Assembly (NCBI GenBank): GCA_965262715.1
Contig: OZ253553.1
Span: 32,001-96,000 of the forward strand
Direction of reading: 5' to 3'
DNA from: Bdellovibrionales bacterium
GTDB taxonomy: Bacteria > Bdellovibrionota > Bdellovibrionia > Bdellovibrionales > JAUICD01
Length of the DNA stretch: 64,000 nucleotides
Shown here in pieces: positions 10,751 through 21,036 of the stretch. The position numbers were made by a program, and so were the translations under genes. Each line of letters begins with the position of its first letter. The stretch's first letter is position 1. The notes beneath the pieces are model-generated. The model did not search any database. It saw only the letters and a list, made by a program, of their open reading frames with translations, and had not been told where the DNA came from.

Positions 10751-11093
10751 TTATGTCCTTATTACAGCTTTAAACTCTTCTTCTAATATATTAAGTCTCA
10801 AATGCCACCTGGAGTCATATCTTCCTTCGTCTATAAGACATGGATCCAAAAGAAGATATTTTTTACTAATTTTATTTTTTAACTTCTTTAAAAGGCTTTC
10901 TTCTGCAACTTGATAAACATCTAATAGGAAACCCAGTCTTCTAAAAACAACTCCTATATTAACTTTAAATGCATATTTAACTAACTTATTTATATTAATT
11001 TTATTTCTTTTTATCCATAAACCTTTTGCAACTTCAGTGATCCCTCCGCAATACTGAGGGAGTTTAAGACCATCAATAATTGTTTTTTCAATA
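10751..11093 (-). pseudogene. abiEi: AbiEi-type antitoxin, C-terminal part only; 5' part lost at the IS30 boundary
   Basis: IEKTIIDGLKLPQYCGGITEV, RRLGFLL and RWHLRLN motifs; directly upstream of abiEii; no continuation beyond the IS. Confidence 0.8.
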
Positions 11094-12432
11094 GGTGGAT
11101 TCAAGTTGCAAGTGCAACTCCTTGCATAGTTATTTAAAGTGGGTTAGAGGAATACTCTAATCAATAACTTTACATAACGAAAGGAGTATTCCATGAGTAA
11201 GTACACTCATCTAACCCAAAGTGATAGATACCAGATTTTAGCTTTTTTGCAAAGTGGAAAATCAATAAGTTCAATTGCTACGCAACTAGGTCGAGATAAA
11301 AGCACCATATATAGGGAATTGAATCGTAACAAAGGTTTGCGAGGTTATCGTCCTCAACAAGCCCATGAAAAAGCAGTCGATCGTCTTCAAAACTCTCATA
11401 GACATATAAAGATAACACAAAAAGTCATTAATAAGCTTGAGAGGTTTCTTCGTGATCGTTTGAGTCCGGAACAGATATCCGGTTTTCTTAAACGAAAAGG
11501 TTTGTCTATAAGTCATGAGAGTATTTATCAGCATATTCTTGGAGATAAGCAATCAGGAGGAGATCTCTACAAATTTTTAAGATGTCAGAAGCAACGCAAG
11601 AAGCGATATGGTACAAGTAGATTTGATAAAAGGGGTCAGATAAAGAATAGAGTGAGCATTGATAAAAGGCCTAAGATAGTAGATAAGAAGCTTCGGATAG
11701 GAGACTGGGAAGGTGATCTAATGATAGGTAGACATCATAAAGGAGCTTTAGTCACTCTGGTAGATAGATGTTCTAAGAAGACGAGGATTGTCAAAATAGA
11801 ATCTAAGAGTTCTGAGGCAGTTTTTCATGCTATTTCTAAAGCTCTTAAAGGAGAGGTTGTTCATACAATGACTTTGGATAATGGTAAAGAGTTTTCGTGT
11901 CATGAGAAGATCAGTGAATATACTGGATGTAAAGTTTATTTTGCACATCCTTACAGTTCCTATGAGAGAGGTTTAAATGAGAACACGAATGGTTTAATCC
12001 GTCAGTATTTTCCAAAGAAGACAGATTTTAGAGAAGTCACCTCTAAGGATGTAAAAAAGGTTGAGTCTCTTTTAAACCATCGCCCTCGAAAGAGTTTAGG
12101 TTTTCTAACCCCTAATGAGTTTCATAGACAAAAGATGGTTTGCTGAAGTTATTCATAGTTTATCCATTTAATTTTACTTATATATAATAACTTCTGAAGA
12201 TGCTTATTTGACAGCTTGATGTTTATGGCAGAGGATCGTTCTTCCGCAGAGCTTTAGCTCGGGGACTACTTTGGCTTTGCCATAAACATCAAAATACATT
12301 CATTCAAATTAAATAATTTACTATAATCTTTCATGATAATTAAAACTTTGTTGAAATATTAATCTTAAAATGATACAACTTTTAAAAATATCTATAAACA
12401 TAAAAGAGTTGCACTTGTGATTTGAAGTTACG
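11094..12432 (+). mobile_element. IS30-family insertion sequence
   Basis: 25-bp imperfect IRs GGTGGATTCAAGTTGCAAGTGCAAC / GTTGCACTTGTGATTTGAAGTTACG; no clear target duplication. Confidence 0.9.
11193..12146 (+). CDS. IS30 family transposase
   Basis: YTHLT..DR, LGRDKSTIYREL, GDWEGDL, TLDNGKEF, ERGLNENTNGLIRQYFPK. Confidence 0.96.
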   Translation: MSKYTHLTQSDRYQILAFLQSGKSISSIATQLGRDKSTIYRELNRNKGLRGYRPQQAHEKAVDRLQNSHRHIKITQKVINKLERFLRDRLSPEQISGFLKRKGLSISHESIYQHILGDKQSGGDLYKFLRCQKQRKKRYGTSRFDKRGQIKNRVSIDKRPKIVDKKLRIGDWEGDLMIGRHHKGALVTLVDRCSKKTRIVKIESKSSEAVFHAISKALKGEVVHTMTLDNGKEFSCHEKISEYTGCKVYFAHPYSSYERGLNENTNGLIRQYFPKKTDFREVTSKDVKKVESLLNHRPRKSLGFLTPNEFHRQKMVC

Positions 12433-12509
12433 AAATAATATATATACCAAAGCTAGCTTATAAACTGAGAGAGTAATTTAAATCAACAGTCTCACTTTGA
12501 TAAAATGCT

Positions 12510-12608
12510 AAAATGACTACTGAGAGTAGTCATTTTTTTAGTTATTCAAATAATATCTTGCAAATACTTTGATAAAGTACTAAAATGACTACTATGAGTA
12601 GTCATTTT
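12510..12608 (+). promoter_or_regulatory. Two 27-bp palindromic operators overlapping the abiEi promoter
   Basis: AAAATGACTACTgagAGTAGTCATTTT (12510-12536) and AAAATGACTACTatgAGTAGTCATTTT (12582-12608); TTGCAA(12558)-N17-TAAAAT(12581). Confidence 0.75.
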
Positions 12609-13391
12609 GATGGAAAAATAAAGAAGCTTCAACACCTTTTACCTACTAATGGGATTATCACCCAACAGTGCATGGACTTATATGGCATATACCGTCAGCT
12701 TTCAAGGAAATATGTTTTAAGTGGTTGGCTTGAGCGTGTGGGGAATGGAGCTTTTAAAAGACAAGGTAATAATGTGAGCTGGGAAGCAGCCTTAAATGCC
12801 ATACAAAAGCAATTGAAATCACCTGTGCATATTGGAGCCAAGTCTGCTCTAGAAATCAAAGGAGGGGGTCATTATTTAAAACTAGGTCGTTATTTTAAGA
12901 TGTTTCTTTTTTCATATACCACCACATGCAATCTTCCTAAGTGGTTTTATGATCAAAATTGGAAATTAAGATTTATGCTTATTAAGACAAACTTATTTCC
13001 TGAAGGCTTTGAGGTAGGACATACAAAAGAAGAGATGAAGGGCTTTGAGGTGGTTCTCTCATCAAAAGAACGAGCTATATTTGAGCTTCTGTACCTCATA
13101 CCGAAGCACCAAACATGGAATGAGGCTGATCTCATATTTGAAAACCTTGTGTCTCTTCGACCCAAAGAAATACAAATTCTATTAGAGAAGTGTTCCTCTA
13201 TAAAAGTTAAGAGAATGTTCTTATTCTTTGCTGAACGACATAATCACCAATGGTTTAAAAAATTAGATCTTAAAAAAATTGATCTTGGATCGGGAGACCG
13301 ACTTATTCACAAAAAAGGAAAACTGGATAAAAAATATCGAATCACTGTTCCTAAATCTTTATTGAGTGAGAATAATTATGACAAAGACTAG
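12585..13391 (+). CDS. abiEi: AbiEi family antitoxin / transcriptional regulator (true start may be ATG 12594)
   Basis: SGWLERVGNGAF, HIGAKSALE..G..HY, SSKERAIFELL, CSSIKVKRMFLFFAE..NHQW. Confidence 0.88.
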   Translation: MTTMSSHFDGKIKKLQHLLPTNGIITQQCMDLYGIYRQLSRKYVLSGWLERVGNGAFKRQGNNVSWEAALNAIQKQLKSPVHIGAKSALEIKGGGHYLKLGRYFKMFLFSYTTTCNLPKWFYDQNWKLRFMLIKTNLFPEGFEVGHTKEEMKGFEVVLSSKERAIFELLYLIPKHQTWNEADLIFENLVSLRPKEIQILLEKCSSIKVKRMFLFFAERHNHQWFKKLDLKKIDLGSGDRLIHKKGKLDKKYRITVPKSLLSENNYDKD

Positions 13392-14304
13392 CTTTAAAGG
13401 ACAGGTCATGCTTATGCTTGACTGCCTTACACAAACATTCCCTTCGGACTTATTTGCTCTTAAAGGAGGAACGGCAATTAACTTTTTTATTCGTGATATG
13501 CCACGCCTTTCAGTTGATATTGACCTTACCTATCTCCCTCTTAGTGACAGACAGTCCTCGTTAAAAAATATAGAAGATGAACTTAAGAATATCGCCGGAA
13601 ATATCAGGCGTAACATTAAAGACTCTAAGGTTATTTTGAGTACTACTAAAGATAAATGGATAGATAAAATTATAGTTTCTAGAGGTAGTGTCAATATAAA
13701 GATTGAGCCCAACTTTATTCTTCGAGGAGTGGTTCATCCAATTCAGAGCATAGACCCTTGTAAGAGGGTACAAAATGAATTTGGGTTTTCTTATGAAACT
13801 TCTGTCTTATCATTTGAGGATCTTTATGGAGGAAAAATTTGTGCAGCTTTAGATAGACAACATCCAAGAGACTTATTTGATATAAAATGTCTTCTTGATA
13901 ATGAGGGACTTACAGACTCATTAAGGCAAACTTTTATTGTATACCTTCTCTCCCATTCTCGTCCTATTCACGAAATATTAAAACCTAACTTACTCAATAT
14001 AACAGAAGTTTATGAAGGAGAATTTATGGGAATGGTTACTGAAGGAGAGGAAGCATCTCTTAAAGAACTTCTTTCTACAAGAGAAAGAATAATAGATGAG
14101 ATAAACACTTCGCTCACCAGAGAAGAAAGGAAGTTTATTATCGGATTTCAAAATGCAGAGCCGGACTGGTCAATCTTCCCACTGGAGATTCAATACCTTC
14201 CGGGTATCAAGTGGAAGCTGATAAATTTAAAGAAGTTAAAGTATGATAACTCTTCAAAACACAGTGCTTTGGCTGACAAATTAAGAGAAAAATTAGATTT
14301 TTGA
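13366..14304 (+). CDS. abiEii: AbiEii/AbiGii nucleotidyltransferase toxin, intact
   Basis: FALKGGTAINFF..DMPRLSVDIDL, GGKICAALDRQHPRDLFD. Confidence 0.92.
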   Translation: MRIIMTKTSFKGQVMLMLDCLTQTFPSDLFALKGGTAINFFIRDMPRLSVDIDLTYLPLSDRQSSLKNIEDELKNIAGNIRRNIKDSKVILSTTKDKWIDKIIVSRGSVNIKIEPNFILRGVVHPIQSIDPCKRVQNEFGFSYETSVLSFEDLYGGKICAALDRQHPRDLFDIKCLLDNEGLTDSLRQTFIVYLLSHSRPIHEILKPNLLNITEVYEGEFMGMVTEGEEASLKELLSTRERIIDEINTSLTREERKFIIGFQNAEPDWSIFPLEIQYLPGIKWKLINLKKLKYDNSSKHSALADKLREKLDF

Positions 14305-14512
14305 GTGCCCTCAATCTGATGATGAAAATCCTTTTTTAATCCTCTTAGCAGTCATCTGCTCAATATCAAATAAAAGCTCTTTGGCGTGGGTAACCTGATC
14401 CTAATAGTAATGATATATTTACAATAATCTTAATAAATGTTTCCATCCTTTTATTTTCTTCTGTTTTTAAAAATTCGTGGCTACGGTGGTATAAGGCAGC
14501 AGTTTAAGTTCT

Positions 14513-15463
14513 TCAAGGCTCATTGGGTGTATTGAGGAACTCTTGCATTAAATGAGTGAGGTGCTGCCAGCTAGCTTCCCCTAGTGATGCCCGATCAATG
14601 ATGAGGTGGTGAATCCTTCTCCTAAGTGTCGAGTCTCGGTTACTGATAGAGGCAAGCTGGATTTGCGGGTGTGGGGAAAAGAGTTCTTGGCTGAGGGGCC
14701 AGCTAATGAATTCATCTTTGGGGTTTATAATGATAAGAGTTGGAGGCATGAGATGAGGGTTGTCTGTAAAGTGTTGGTTGAATTTCTTTCTGCCGTAATT
14801 GAGGGCTGAATAGGCATTGAGGCTGGTTCCGTAGTTAGCCATATAGGACCTAACATTGAGGCTAGGGATGACCAACTGGCCTGACACCATACCAGTCAAG
14901 AAGCGGGAGAGCCGGCGCAGTTGCACAGTAGGGGCAATCCAAATAATTTTTAATTGCTGTTTGACGAGTTCGGGAAATTCGTAGAGTAAATTGCCTTGCA
15001 GAATAGCTCCAATGGAGTAGCCCAAAAAGATTATGGGGTCACCTTGTGCACGCTCAATAAGCTCACATAAGTGAAGCCTCGCATGCTCAAGGAGAACGAA
15101 ATAGTTGGCTGTTTTCATTTCGCGCAAGCTTCCCCGGTGACCATAGAGAGCGGCATTGAGAACATCGTAGCCCAATTGGTTGAAGTGATGGACCATGTCA
15201 GACATGCTACGAGGGTCGTTATTGAGGCCATGAATACTGAGAACCACTCCTTTTCTTTTTTTGGCTTGAGGAGTAAGGAACCATTGGCTGAGCATATCGG
15301 AGTTCAAGGGAACGGAGGAGGCATTGAGTTGTTCCATCCTTGTAATGTCTTGTAATGTATTGTCGCATGGTGAGGAGTAGAGGGGCCGAGAAGTAAGTAT
15401 TGCTGCAGGAATAAAGGAATAAATCGTCATTTTAATCATCGACCCAAGTAAATAATCCAACAT
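14513..15463 (-). CDS. Alpha/beta hydrolase (esterase/lipase-like), possibly exported
   Basis: HGLNN oxyanion region, GYSIG nucleophile elbow, DE and HH toward the C-terminus; visibly more GC-rich than its flanks. Confidence 0.8.
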   Translation of the reverse strand: MLDYLLGSMIKMTIYSFIPAAILTSRPLYSSPCDNTLQDITRMEQLNASSVPLNSDMLSQWFLTPQAKKRKGVVLSIHGLNNDPRSMSDMVHHFNQLGYDVLNAALYGHRGSLREMKTANYFVLLEHARLHLCELIERAQGDPIIFLGYSIGAILQGNLLYEFPELVKQQLKIIWIAPTVQLRRLSRFLTGMVSGQLVIPSLNVRSYMANYGTSLNAYSALNYGRKKFNQHFTDNPHLMPPTLIIINPKDEFISWPLSQELFSPHPQIQLASISNRDSTLRRRIHHLIIDRASLGEASWQHLTHLMQEFLNTPNEP

Positions 15464-15793
15464 TAAAACACCGCCTTTAATTCATGTAACCGTAGACCCC
15501 CTCTTCTGTCTAATACTTCTCAGGGCATCCACTCCATTTTTTCTTTAAATAGCGCAATCTATCATATATAGTCCTCTTACCATCTTCAAAATACTCCTTT
15601 ATTCTCATTCATACTTATGATTTTGTGTACCCTTAAAGCCTTTAAAATAGAGTCTTTTGGCGATGAAGGTTGATTTAGCTTCTCAATATCATGAGTGGAA
15701 AGCTTGAGATCGATGTAGAGTTCTTTGTAAAATTTTAGGTTTTTTCTCATGTAACTTCTTGATTAATTCAATATAAATGAATGTTGAACAACT

Positions 15794-16243
15794 ATGATTG
15801 ATGTCTGTATATCAGGAAGCTATAACCAAGAGCATGGACCTTTGATTCCTGTAGTCGTCTTTGCTGTAAAAGATATAAGATCTCTTTCAAATATAAACCA
15901 TATAAAAATTCCTTCAAAAGCTCCAAGATATAACGCACTTATTGATACAGGAGCTGGTATAACCAGTATATCAAAGAAAGTGATTGAGGATTTGAACCTG
16001 GAAAAATTCATTGAAAAGAACATTGTTGGTGCCACAGGAAAAGGATCTGTGGATACTTTTATTATTTGTATAGGCCTTTTAAAAAATCTCACGGTTAGAG
16101 AAATTAGAGTTTTACCTCCAATAGAAGCACCTAAGTTTGTTAAAATAAATTTCCCAAATGAAGAAAGAAGTGGAAAGAAAAGCATAAATATCATAGAAGG
16201 TCTATATCAGAAACAGCTATGTATAGATTCAAAACTTTATTAG
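15794..16243 (+). CDS. Retropepsin-like aspartyl protease domain, probably C-terminally truncated
   Basis: ALIDTGAGITSIS motif; the usual (I/L)IGRD closing motif is missing. Confidence 0.6.
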   Translation: MIDVCISGSYNQEHGPLIPVVVFAVKDIRSLSNINHIKIPSKAPRYNALIDTGAGITSISKKVIEDLNLEKFIEKNIVGATGKGSVDTFIICIGLLKNLTVREIRVLPPIEAPKFVKINFPNEERSGKKSINIIEGLYQKQLCIDSKLY

Positions 16244-16420
16244 GGGATAAATTATCTTCTAGAGAATTTCAACGTCAGGCAAATGAAGTTTTTATTAAAT
16301 GCAAAATTCTTAATCAGATGTCTGTACCTGTTTCTCTTTCATCTTGATGACAAAATACGAAATAATAACCTTAAAAATAAATGAAAATACAACTTATTTA
16401 AATCTTCATGCAACAACGCC

Positions 16421-16525
16421 AGTCCTTTTTACTATTCGAAAAATATTTTTATATTCAGGTAACTCTTTAAACATTTGAATTAAAAGTCTTTTATCCCATA
16501 ATTTTTTAAGACGTTCTTCTTTCTA
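16421..16525 (-). pseudogene. Fragment of abiEii 3' end
   Basis: Close match to ~9940-10045. Confidence 0.7.
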
Positions 16526-16591
16526 GAGATAAAAATAAATTTACCAAGTGTTATAATTGATGTGTTTAGATAATCTCAAAAAGATTTTTTT

Positions 16592-17488
16592 TTAAAATGT
16601 AAGGAGATTTTCAGGGCAAGAACTAGAAAGTATAATTTTTTTTATATCGCTTATGTAAGGCTCTATTTCTTCAAAGTCTATTCTTCCATCTGATGATAAC
16701 TCTTCTTCAACTTCTTTTAATAAAGCTAAAAACTCTTCTCTTACTTCCTCTGAAAAAGTTGCTTCGCTATGAATTTCTTCAAATTTCGCTTTGAGATCAG
16801 TTAACACTTCAGGTATAAGACTCGGTGGATTTATTGTTATATTTTCTATTTCATCTTTAACTTCTGAGATCTCTCTTTGAGCTAAGTGTCGCTTTTGTGG
16901 AGCCACTGTTTGAGTTTGAGCTCTTCTTCTTCTCTTTTCTTCTTCGATGCGCGCCCATATAGTTACATTTATTGGGTGGGTGTTAAACTCTTTGGCCACT
17001 TCTTCCAAGTCCTGACCTTGTAAGAGCTTTTCAGCAGCTTGAGACTTTTCTTCTAAACTGAAATCTAGTCCCCTTCGCAGTTGTGAAGCTTCGCCTGTTC
17101 TTTCTCTTTCACTACGTATCAATCTAAATATATCTCCTGGAGTTGTATTAAATTCTGTAGCTAAGTCTTCAAAAGCGACCCCTTCTTCTACCTTTTCAAG
17201 TAACTCTGAAATTCTGTTTTGAGTAAGATGTTGCAGAGTGGAAGGTCGTTGTTGCCTTTGCCGTGGAACTGTCTGCTCATTTGTTCCTTGTCTTGCAGCA
17301 TGAACCCAATTACGAACACTTTGTACACTAGCATTGAATCTTCTTGCTACGTCTGCAACGGTACTACCACCATTTACCATTTGTACAGCTTCTGCTTTTT
17401 GTTCTGGAGTAAAATCAGCAAAAACTAACTCATGACTCAGTAAGAGGATAAAGAAAAAGAAAAGTATATAGCCTTGTAGAAAATTCAT
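16592..17488 (-). CDS. Signal-peptide protein with three HTH-like repeats
   Basis: Hydrophobic N-terminus ending VFA-D; FTPEQKAEAV..VADVARRFNAS..VRNW, FEDLATEFNTT and FSLEEKSQAA..LEEVAKEFNTH..W. Confidence 0.7.
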   Translation of the reverse strand: MNFLQGYILFFFFILLLSHELVFADFTPEQKAEAVQMVNGGSTVADVARRFNASVQSVRNWVHAARQGTNEQTVPRQRQQRPSTLQHLTQNRISELLEKVEEGVAFEDLATEFNTTPGDIFRLIRSERERTGEASQLRRGLDFSLEEKSQAAEKLLQGQDLEEVAKEFNTHPINVTIWARIEEEKRRRRAQTQTVAPQKRHLAQREISEVKDEIENITINPPSLIPEVLTDLKAKFEEIHSEATFSEEVREEFLALLKEVEEELSSDGRIDFEEIEPYISDIKKIILSSSCPENLLTF

Positions 17489-17728
17489 AAAACATAATCC
17501 TTATGATATGGTTATTTCAAGCTCTTACATTATTTGTTCAAATAAATCTAGGTTTTTTGTTACTATTTAAAGATTCTTTAGAATCTAAATAATTTAAATC
17601 AGTCTTGTTTTTAAAAGCATTCAAAATTATGTCTTTTTAGTTTATAAGGTTTCTATGATGTAATAAATAACTAAAATCACTCTATATTTTTAGTAAACCC
17701 TGGAATGAACTTTTTCAAGTTATTTTAA

Positions 17729-18425
17729 GGTTCATGACATCATGAGTTGACTTCTAGAGTGTTTAACTTATTGTTATGACTATGAAAAACAAGTATATTA
17801 TCTGTTCCCTCATTTCTGAGAAGAAATTTAGAGAAATTATCCGTTATTTTTCAGGAGATTTAACAGCTCAACAAATAAGTTATTTTTCCGGTATAAGCAG
17901 AAATGCTATTAACAGAATTTTAAAAAAGCTTCGCATAAGAATAGCTGAATTTTGTGAAAAGGAAAGTATTTTTTCAAAAGGAGAAATTGAAATAGATGAA
18001 AGTTATTTTGGAGCTAAACGGGTTCGTGGTCTTCGTGGTAGAGGATCAAGTGGGAAAACGATCGTCTTTGGTTTGAAAAAAAGAAAAGGCAAAGTATATA
18101 TACTCAAGTGATTAAAAATTGCTCACAAAGCATTCTCGTGCTTCTCATAAGCCAAAAAACACCTAAGAGTGCTACTGTTTTTACAGATGGTTTTAAATCC
18201 TATGATAGCCTTGTAAATATAGGGTATAAGAGACATTACCGTGTACATCATGGAAAGAATGAATTCGCTAAAAAAGAAAAAAATATTAACAATCACATTA
18301 ATGGAATAGAAAACTTTTGGGGTCTGGCTAAAGTAAGACTTTTTAAGTTTAGAGGTATGAATAAAAAAACATTTACTATTAATAAAAAAAATACACCTAA
18401 TAAGGTCCTGATGGTGTCATGAACC
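17729..18425 (+). mobile_element. IS1595-family element with frameshifted transposase (17776..18111, 18108..18422)
   Basis: IRs GGTTCATGACATCAT / ATGGTGTCATGAACC; EIDESYFG, GRG...KT.VFG, TDG..SY, HINGIENFW motifs. Confidence 0.88.
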
Positions 18426-18487
18426 TTTATTTATGCCATTGCTTTAGGCAATCTTTTATTAAAGGATAGTAAGTGAGGAGAGATTAG

Positions 18488-19452
18488 ATGAGAGTGTTAT
18501 ATCTATTTCTATCGATACTGGTGGTTAGTGTTTTTGCAAATGCTGATATTTGTGATTCTAATTGGCTTGCAAGTGTTAATGGTAATCGTGTAAGAAGTTT
18601 TGTTAATAATATTAATATTGGTGTAGATATTAATCAAGATTGTGACTTACAAGGTAATCGTCCTTTACTTTACATCGAGCTATATTGATTGATGAAATTG
18701 ATCCTCGTGTGATTGAAGTGCTTATTTATGAGGGTGCTGATGCTGATATTGAAAATCTTGATGGAGACACTCCTATGGACTATGCAAAGAGCCGATTTGA
18801 GAGGGCAATGGCAAGGCTTCATATGGAGAGTAGGGCGTATCAAAGGGAGCAGGTCATTTATAATGGTATGATGGGAATGGGCTCACTAGATTATACATTC
18901 AGTATTATAGATGATACTTACAGTAGGCTTTGTAGTTTTGCTTGGTGGAAAGATATTAATGAAGACCATAGCGAAGGTTTGGTTCAATCGCTTTTAAGTA
19001 CTTCCGGGGTAGATATCAACAATATTTGCAATTCAAATAATGATCGTCCAATCCATTTATCATTAAAGGGGAGTTCTGTTAGATTATCGCCTGATATTTA
19101 TTCAGCAATAGCTGATCTTATTGATGCAGGTGCTGATCTTCATGTTAAAAATAATAATGGTCATTCAGCTTTGGATCTTGTAGAGATGAGGTACCATGAT
19201 ATTACAAATAGAACGATTCAGCTTCAAGAAAGATGGTGTAGAAATGAAGCAGGAAATGATGAATTTAGATATAGAACTGAAGAGGTTGAATATGAGATAG
19301 GTCTTTATGCTTATATGAATGCATCAGTTACAGAGCAAACCTTCGATCAAATAAAAAACAGAATATTAGCACAACTTTATAGATTTAAATTTGATAAACG
19401 GTTAATAGAGAGAAATGTATTATGTCCTTATAGAGGATTTGATATGCCATAG
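18488..19452 (+). pseudogene. Secreted ankyrin-repeat protein, frameshifted
   Basis: Paralog of 20015..20998; a 5-bp duplication (TTTAC) at ~18664-18673 shifts the frame, and removing it gives 320 codons. Confidence 0.85.
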
Positions 19453-19489
19453 ATAAGATTTTATATTTATATAATCTTAACATCTTTAT

Positions 19490-19905
19490 TTTCTGGGATC
19501 TGGCAATCGAGCAATCGGGCAAACTGGCATTCAGGCATGACCATTCAAGTTCAACTTTTCTATTTGCAAGCACTATATATAGATTGAAAAGAGATAAGTA
19601 GTGATAAAAGCTAATGATAAAAATGGGCAGAGGCTCGCCTCGAGAGGCTCGCCTCAGGGCAATGATTTTGGATTTAAGAAAGAAATTGAAAGTCCAGCTC
19701 AAACAGTTCCCGGGGGCCGGTTTGCCAGATTTCCAGATCCCGGATAAGTAAAGGTGCTTAGATAAGAAAGATTATTATTTATTACTAGATAATCTATTTT
19801 GTTTAGGTCTTAAGCTTCCATGATATGGCTACCGGTCTCTGGGAGTCCGGCAAGCAGTTCGGGACCAGTTTGCCAGCCTGCCTGATTGCCGGATCCCGGA
19901 TAAAT
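19490..19905. repeat. Cluster of GC-rich REP-like imperfect repeats
   Basis: CAGTTC..GG.CC.GTTTGCCAG...GATCCCGGATAA at ~19704-19746 and ~19855-19902, inverted copy at ~19493-19528; GAGGCTCGCCTCGAGAGG at ~19630 recurs at ~60047 and ~60306. Confidence 0.6.
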
Positions 19906-20014
19906 AAGAGTATTATTACTGATTAAAAAAACCCTTGTTTTTATCTTTTATCTATGCCATTGCTTAGACAATATGATTAAAGTTATTAAAGAATAAAAAA
20001 TAAGGAACAATGAG

Positions 20015-20998
20015 ATGAGAGCGTTATATCTATTTTTATTGATAATGGTGGTTAATGTTTTTGCAGGTGCTGATACTTGTGATTCTAATTGGCTTGCAAG
20101 TGTTAATGGTGATCGTGTAAGAGCTTTTATTAATAATAATGTTAATTTTGGGGTAGATATTGATCAAGCTTGTGATTCAAAAGATAATCGTCCTTTACAC
20201 CGAGCCATATTGATTGATGGAATTGATCCTAGTGTGATTGAGGTGCTTCTCAGCAGGGGTGCTAATGTTGATATTGAAAATACTGATGGAATTACTGCCA
20301 TGAATTATGCAGAGGATCGGCTTGAAAGAGCGATGGTCAGGTTTTTGCCAGAGAGTGTTGCATATCAGAGGGAAGTGGCAATTTATAATGCTATGATGGG
20401 AATGGGCTTACTAGGTGATAATGGTATGATGGGAATAGGTTCACTAGGTTATACATTCAGTATTATTAATAGGTTTTGTGATTCTGCTTGGTGGAAAGAT
20501 ACTAATAGTGATCATAGTGATCATATGATTCAATCGCTTTTACGTATTCATGGGGAAGATATCAACAATATTTGCAATTCAAATAATGATCGTCCAATCC
20601 ATTTATCATTAAAGGGGAGTTCTATTAGATTATCGCCTGATATTTATTCAGCAATAGCTGATCTTATTGATGCAGGTGCTGATCTTCATGTTAAAAATGA
20701 TGATGGTCATTCAGCTTTAGGTCTTGTAGAGATGAGGTACCATGATGTTGCAAATAGGATGATTCAGCTTCAAGAGAAATGGTGTAGAAATGAAGCAGGA
20801 AATGATGAATTTGGATATGGCATTAGAGAGGCTGAATATGAGATAGGTCTTTATGCTTATATGAATGCATCAGTTACAGAGCAAACCTTCGATCAAATAA
20901 AAAACAGAATATTAGCACAACTTTATAGATTTAATTTTGATAAACGGTTAATAGAGAGAAATGTATTATGTCCTTATAGAGGATTTGATATGCCATAG
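20015..20998 (+). CDS. Secreted ankyrin-repeat protein
   Basis: Signal peptide (..VFA); RPLHRAI...LLSRGANVDIENTDGITAM and RPIHLSL...LIDAGADLHVKNDDGHSAL. Confidence 0.85.
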   Translation: MRALYLFLLIMVVNVFAGADTCDSNWLASVNGDRVRAFINNNVNFGVDIDQACDSKDNRPLHRAILIDGIDPSVIEVLLSRGANVDIENTDGITAMNYAEDRLERAMVRFLPESVAYQREVAIYNAMMGMGLLGDNGMMGIGSLGYTFSIINRFCDSAWWKDTNSDHSDHMIQSLLRIHGEDINNICNSNNDRPIHLSLKGSSIRLSPDIYSAIADLIDAGADLHVKNDDGHSALGLVEMRYHDVANRMIQLQEKWCRNEAGNDEFGYGIREAEYEIGLYAYMNASVTEQTFDQIKNRILAQLYRFNFDKRLIERNVLCPYRGFDMP

Positions 20999-21036
20999 AT
21001 GAGATTTTATATCCGGAATCTGGCATTCAGACAGAC

